Assembly (NCBI GenBank): GCA_046484125.1
Contig: JAWOBX010000036.1
Coordinates: forward strand, 226 to 64,225
Direction of reading: 5' to 3'
DNA: 64,000 nucleotides
DNA from: Dehalococcoidia bacterium
Lineage (GTDB): Bacteria; Chloroflexota; Dehalococcoidia; SZUA-161; SpSt-899
The notes under the pieces are model-generated. The model had not been told where the DNA came from. It was given only the letters and a program-made list of their open reading frames with translations, and did not search any database. The stretch's first letter is position 1; each line of letters opens with the position of its first letter. The position numbers and the translations under genes were made by a program. Shown here in pieces: positions 59,669 through 64,000 of the stretch.

Positions 59669-59792
59669 TGTATTGTCCCTAACGCTTCTATACAAATGTT
59701 TCGCAATGTTCTTTTTAACTCATTGCTTCACTGGAAGGGTTTGTTACTCGGTGAGCGAATTCGGATTCCGAGTTCGCTCACCGAGTAACAAC
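59664..59792. repeat. Intergenic repeat element copy 2 (conserved core 59664-59735) followed by a 47-bp near-perfect palindrome (59743-59789)
   Basis: The core is about 80% identical to 22843-22912. The palindrome GTTACTCGGTGAGCGAATTCGGA / TCCGAGTTCGCTCACCGAGTAAC has a single mismatch. Confidence 0.6.
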
Positions 59793-59935
59793 ACAGGGTG
59801 GCGGGGCGGGAAATGTAGTAAGTTCATATAATTGATGTTATCAGATAATCTAAAGTCCGGTTATTTACGGGACGATCTAGTATGAACCGAGCTGTTGATG
59901 TTTTCGATTTTACAATTCAATCCGGGAGTTAGAGT

Positions 59936-61882
59936 ATGCCAGAAAGAACAGAATTAATGGTAGAGCCCTCTTCGGTGACCATGTTGCCGGGTGAGACCGT
60001 CGAGATTAAGGCCAACATCCGGAACTTGAGCCAGACGGTGGATCAGCTTGTCATTACCGTGGAGGGTATAGACCCCACCTGGTACACGATACCTGTCTCC
60101 AGTGTGGCGCTCTTCCCGAATGACCAGGATAGCTTATCCATCTCTTTACATCCCCCCAGAGCCGCCGAGAGATCCGCGGGGACGTATACTCTCACTATCA
60201 AAGTCACTTCACAGGAGGATCCATCCCACGTAGCTACTGCCGAGGTAGCCGTTGAACTCAAAGCGGTCCTCGAAGTGGAAGTGGGAATTACACCGGAAAA
60301 CCTGGCTGGAAGGAAAGGAACATATCAGGTAACTATTAACAATCCGGGAGATCAGCCGGCCACTGTTCAGCTCGTAGCGAGCGACTTTAAAAACAGGCTG
60401 CGCTACGCCTTCAACATGAGCCGGCTTACGGTTGAGGGGGGCGCCCGTTCGGGTGCCAGCCTTGAGGTCGGACTGCGATGGCTGGCTATGCTTGGCGGTG
60501 AGAAAACTTTTGAGTTTAAGGTGGCAGCTATGCCGGCGGATGAAATACCTTCTCCGGCTTTCTGCCCTTACTGTGGAAAGGGGATTAAACCCAAAAACCT
60601 GGCCTCACGGGTATTCTGTCCGCACTGCAGCCAGAATTTGAGCGAAAAAGCGAAGGTTGCTACAGCTAACTTCATTCGAACGCCTTTAATAAAAGGACTG
60701 CCGAAGATCAGTTTCCCATGGTTTACCAGAAAACCTGTTGTTCAAAACTTTGAGGCTGCCACTGAGGACAAAAGGGAATTCATACTCAGTTGGTCCGTAA
60801 AGCGGGCCAAGGCCGTTATGCTCGGAACCGAAAGCGTGGATAATGAAGGGGAAAAGTCGGTATTCCCCGACGAGCCCGCCACATATACGCTTACGGCGAG
60901 TAATAAAGGAAAGTCCGTAAGCCAGTCTGTACAGGTCCATCCGCTTCCGGTTCCAAAGGAGACATCGGAGAGAATAAGGGCCTCGCTTTCTCCCGCTGAG
61001 CTTCAGGTTCACGCCGGAACCGTACCCGGCCAGGCTACCCTGCACCTGCAGAACATGGGGGAAATAGTCGACAAATTCCTGATTGATATAGCGGGCCTTG
61101 ATACTTCATGGTACAGCACATCAGCCTCAAGCGTGGCTTTGATGCCTCAGGCCTCAGACCAGGTACAGATCAGTTTCCAGCCCCCCAAAAAAGAGGGAGT
61201 AAGGGCCGGGAAGTATCCGTATGTCATCCGTGTTCGCTCCGAAAGTGTTCCGGAAGATATTACCGCGGTCACCGGAGAGCTTCACATACTCCCGCTGCCT
61301 GAATTCAAGCTTCAGGTCCGTCCGTTCCGGGTAACCTGCCGGAAGAAGGGAACGTTCCGTATTGGTCTGAGCAATACCGGTGTAAGCGATATCAACTTCA
61401 ATCTGGAAGCCACGGATATGGAGGAGGGCTGCAGGTTCCGTTTTGAGGACTCGGCGCCCGCCGTCGCCGCCTGGAAGGCCGCTGAGGTTCCGATGAGGAC
61501 CAAACCGAAGCGTGGCTGGTTTGTGGGTGAGAAGAAAGCCTATAACGTTACCGTCACCGCGAGTGACGGAACCAATTCGCAGACAGGCAACTGTGAACTG
61601 ACTCATAAACCGCTGTTCGGTTCCTGGAAAACGGTTTTCAAGATAATCCGGGCTGTGGTGGTAATCATCATCATAGTCGTTATCGTTTATCTGGCGATAC
61701 ACTGGGGTGGGGGGTGGAGCCAGTTAACCAGCGACCCCGGCAGATGGGCAGAGGAACTGACGGATGAGTGGCCTCCATGGAAGGGCCCGTTTGACGAGAT
61801 CGCGGGTGAGGAAAGCACACATGAAGAAATTCCCAGGCCTGAGCTCGAGGAACCACGGCCCGATTTGCGCGACGGGCCATAG
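59936..61882 (+). CDS. Membrane-anchored protein with two tandem beta-sandwich repeat modules, a central CxxC...CxxC zinc ribbon and a transmembrane helix near the C-terminus
   Basis: Internal duplication (GIDPTWYTIPVSSVALFPNDQDSLSIS / GLDTSWYSTSASSVALMPQASDQVQISF). Zinc ribbon CPYCGKG...CPHCSQN. Transmembrane helix AVVVIIIIVVIVYLAI. Confidence 0.6.
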   Translation: MPERTELMVEPSSVTMLPGETVEIKANIRNLSQTVDQLVITVEGIDPTWYTIPVSSVALFPNDQDSLSISLHPPRAAERSAGTYTLTIKVTSQEDPSHVATAEVAVELKAVLEVEVGITPENLAGRKGTYQVTINNPGDQPATVQLVASDFKNRLRYAFNMSRLTVEGGARSGASLEVGLRWLAMLGGEKTFEFKVAAMPADEIPSPAFCPYCGKGIKPKNLASRVFCPHCSQNLSEKAKVATANFIRTPLIKGLPKISFPWFTRKPVVQNFEAATEDKREFILSWSVKRAKAVMLGTESVDNEGEKSVFPDEPATYTLTASNKGKSVSQSVQVHPLPVPKETSERIRASLSPAELQVHAGTVPGQATLHLQNMGEIVDKFLIDIAGLDTSWYSTSASSVALMPQASDQVQISFQPPKKEGVRAGKYPYVIRVRSESVPEDITAVTGELHILPLPEFKLQVRPFRVTCRKKGTFRIGLSNTGVSDINFNLEATDMEEGCRFRFEDSAPAVAAWKAAEVPMRTKPKRGWFVGEKKAYNVTVTASDGTNSQTGNCELTHKPLFGSWKTVFKIIRAVVVIIIIVVIVYLAIHWGGGWSQLTSDPGRWAEELTDEWPPWKGPFDEIAGEESTHEEIPRPELEEPRPDLRDGP

Positions 61883-61906
61883 CCCGAAAGAAGGAGGTAA
61901 ACTGAA

Positions 61907-62803
61907 ATGCAGAGGCTTTTTTCATTAGCGATGATTACACTGCTGGTAACTCTTCTGGCGGTCTCTTTCGCGGGTATCACCGCCGGCCAGGCCAGCGCCC
62001 AGGCCGGACCGAATATCAGATTAAGTCCAACATCGGGATTCTGCTCGGTCACAATCGAGGGAACAGGCTTTTCGGCCTGGACTGGAATCACCGTATACTG
62101 GGATGAAAAAGAGGTCCCGGCAATTATCGATACAGATCAGGAGACCAATTTCACAGCCATAATAACGGTGCCGACCCAGACAAGTCCGGGCGATCATGAA
62201 GTAAGAGTAGTAGACGGATATGGTGATGGGGATAGAGCTATATTCAGAGTCATCGATATGACCGGACCTCAGGGGATACCGGGTGTATCGGTCACAGGGC
62301 CGGCCGGGGAGGATGGTATCAACTGCTGGGATCTCAATGAAAACGGCCAGCCCGATGATGAGGAGGATATCAACGGTGACGGTGTTGTCGATGTACTGGA
62401 TTGCCGGGGACCGGAGGGTCCTCAGGGGCCTCCGGGAGAATCGACGGTGATAGAAGGAGCCCAGGGGCCAGCGGGGCCGGAAGGACCACCAGGGGAGCCG
62501 GGTGAGGATGGACTCGGCATTATCTGGCGTGGTGAATGGAATCCGGATGAAGAATATCTGGTTAATCACGCGGTTAACTACGAAGGAAGTGCATATATCT
62601 CCATTGCTCCATCGAGTGGCGCAGTTCCTGCTGAAGCTGGTGACAAGTGGGACCTGATGGTGGTAAAGGGTGAGGCCGGTGAGGTTGGAGAGGCCGGGGA
62701 AGCTGGGGGTGGGGGGGCCGTTGGCACAACGGGGTTCTTCCTGGGTCTTGCAGCCTTGATATTGATAGGAGCGGGTAAGGTGAAGGGCTGGATATTCGGG
62801 TAA
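61907..62803 (+). CDS. Secreted collagen-like (Gly-X-Y) repeat protein with a C-terminal Gly-rich/hydrophobic anchor
   Basis: Signal peptide. Runs of GPQGIPG / GPEGPQGPPGE / GPAGPEGPPGEPGEDG. C-terminus GGGGAVGTTGFFLGLAALILIGAGKVKGWIFG. Confidence 0.65.
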   Translation: MQRLFSLAMITLLVTLLAVSFAGITAGQASAQAGPNIRLSPTSGFCSVTIEGTGFSAWTGITVYWDEKEVPAIIDTDQETNFTAIITVPTQTSPGDHEVRVVDGYGDGDRAIFRVIDMTGPQGIPGVSVTGPAGEDGINCWDLNENGQPDDEEDINGDGVVDVLDCRGPEGPQGPPGESTVIEGAQGPAGPEGPPGEPGEDGLGIIWRGEWNPDEEYLVNHAVNYEGSAYISIAPSSGAVPAEAGDKWDLMVVKGEAGEVGEAGEAGGGGAVGTTGFFLGLAALILIGAGKVKGWIFG

Positions 62804-62996
62804 AATCCGAATCATCTTGGCGGAGTTAAAAAGGGCCATTGGCTGAAATGCATTTACAGGAACCAAACCCGAGCGAGAGGATGCCGTGTGCATCCAGATT
62901 ATACGCGGTTTTGGGGTGAAACCCACAACATAACTTGCGAAGACCGGCCATCCCCAGCTATAATTAATGATTGTCACGCCAGTGTGACCGGCTTAG

Positions 62997-63070
62997 TGGG
63001 GATTCGTCTAGTGGTAGGACGCGTGACTCTGGATCACGAGGCTCAGGTTCGAATCCTGGATCCCCAGCCA
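62997..63070 (+). tRNA. tRNA-Gln (anticodon CTG)
   Basis: Manually folded cloverleaf. U1-A72 acceptor stem with G73 discriminator and encoded CCA. D-arm GTCT/GGAC. Anticodon stem CGTGA/TCACG with loop CTCTGGA (U33, CTG at 34-36). T-arm with TTCGAAT loop. Confidence 0.8.
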
Positions 63071-63396
63071 TCATAAAGCCCCCCGCATCCCCTACCACGC
63101 CCACTATTCCTGATCGCTGCGACCGAGAAAACACATACGCCTTCATACCCTGATGAACTCCAGCAAACAATCCTTCCGGCATCTTTCTTGTGGCTCCGGA
63201 CTGACATATCAACGGCAGGCTGAACCGCTTAAGGCTAAACGGGTGTTAATTTGACACGTGTCAAATTATTTAATCAGGTAACCGAAGAACCTCCCTTCCG
63301 GTTACATTTTAGATGAGTGAATACGGACTACTCTTAATTATCCACATATAATTTTCAGTTACACATAATAGCTTGTTATGTTTCCCTGGTTTTTAG

Positions 63397-63741
63397 CTAC
63401 AAAGACATTGACAATCGGAGACCATTGTTGACGGTCTCCATAAGATGGGATGGCAGCTTACCAATTTTCTCAGTGAGAAATGCTTTATCTACAGTAATTA
63501 CCTGAGATACATTTACTACCGAATCTTTTTGCAATCCGCTTTCTTTGGTTTTAACGAATACATTGCCAGGAGCTTTAGCCAGATTTAGCTTTGAGGTTAT
63601 GACCGCAGCCATTACGGTATTTAAACGACTGCGGTTGAAATCATCGGATTGGATAACCAGTATTGGTCTACGATAACCGGGTTCTGAACCGCTGGGCTTT
63701 CTGAGCGAGGCCCACCAGATTTCGCCTCGCTTGATTACCAT
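63397..63741 (-). CDS. mazF: MazF/PemK/Kid-family endoribonuclease toxin
   Basis: RGEIWWASLRKPSGSEPGYRRPILVIQSDDFNRS...VMAAVITSK...GLQKDSVVNVSQVITVDKAFL matches the PemK/MazF core. Confidence 0.85.
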   Translation of the reverse strand: MVIKRGEIWWASLRKPSGSEPGYRRPILVIQSDDFNRSRLNTVMAAVITSKLNLAKAPGNVFVKTKESGLQKDSVVNVSQVITVDKAFLTEKIGKLPSHLMETVNNGLRLSMSL

Positions 63742-63881
63742 TTTTCCTCTGTTATAGACTGAAGCTGTAACTCGACCAAATCGGGATCAATGCTATGTTC
63801 CTCTTCTTCTTTACTATAAATCTCATTTAATTTCTCAGTAATCCCCTCGTTTGACCGGATGCGCAATCGAACTGAATCCAA
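63735..63881 (-). CDS. Putative cognate antitoxin ORF with uncertain start (no in-frame ATG; possibly a TTG start or an assembly issue)
   Basis: The minus-strand frame ends ...ITEKLNEIYSKEEEEHSIDPDLVELQLQSITEEKW*. Its TAA stop overlaps the toxin ATG within ATGGTAA. GAGG ribosome-binding site for the toxin. An in-frame TGA lies at 63936-63938. Confidence 0.3.
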   Translation of the reverse strand: MDSVRLRIRSNEGITEKLNEIYSKEEEEHSIDPDLVELQLQSITEEKW

Positions 63882-64000
63882 AACCCCGACCTGACTCGCG
63901 TCGTGTCTCAGTGCCGTCTGATTCGATGCAGAGACTCAATATCTTGCGCCAGGTCGTCAATCCTTCCTATCAATGTGAGGGGGTTTCGAATGGCTCTCAA

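Noticed and set aside
58448-62803. Calling the 406-aa protein or the collagen-like protein a tail fiber, or a PAAR
   Set aside because: No fiber-like trimeric repeat or receptor-binding domain and no PAAR motifs were recognisable. Left as unknown accessory proteins.
62948-63068. 10-nt match (ATCCCCAGC) between 62949-62958 and the tRNA-Gln 3' end, as a possible att duplication
   Set aside because: Too short to distinguish from chance, and on the wrong side for a typical 3'-end integration repeat.

Overview
Bacterial chromosomal window of about 50% GC; the phylum cannot be fixed from sequence alone, though gene content resembles a Chloroflexota-like organism. Three parts stand out. (1) 1-12 kb holds a candidate signalling island: a ~900-aa protein with a CARF-like motif, a tightly coupled DHH/DHHA1 phosphoesterase, an ECF sigma factor, a cytoplasmic zf-HC2/TPR anti-sigma factor and a 1454-aa anchored peptidoglycan-hydrolase-like giant protein. 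(2) 13-38 kb is housekeeping: pantothenate genes, ftsH, a full Pho regulon (PiT/DUF47, phoU-pstBACS, phoR/response regulator) with 11-bp-periodic Pho-box arrays, mnmE, ilvE, an NfeD/SPFH pair, a CaCA exchanger, DAHP synthase and an FKBP. (3) 40-62.8 kb is a complete extracellular-contractile-injection-system (eCIS/Afp/PVC-like) locus. It contains an AAA ATPase, three putative effectors sharing an N-terminal leader, an Afp16-like cap, sheath, two tube proteins, a probable -1 frameshift chaperone, a tape-measure candidate, a LysM initiator, a VgrG-like spike, gp25, gp6/J and a gp7/I-like protein. No PAAR or fiber gene is seen; membrane-anchored accessory proteins occupy that position. The locus ends at a tRNA-Gln followed by a MazF/PemK toxin module. 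No CRISPR array or transposase was seen.
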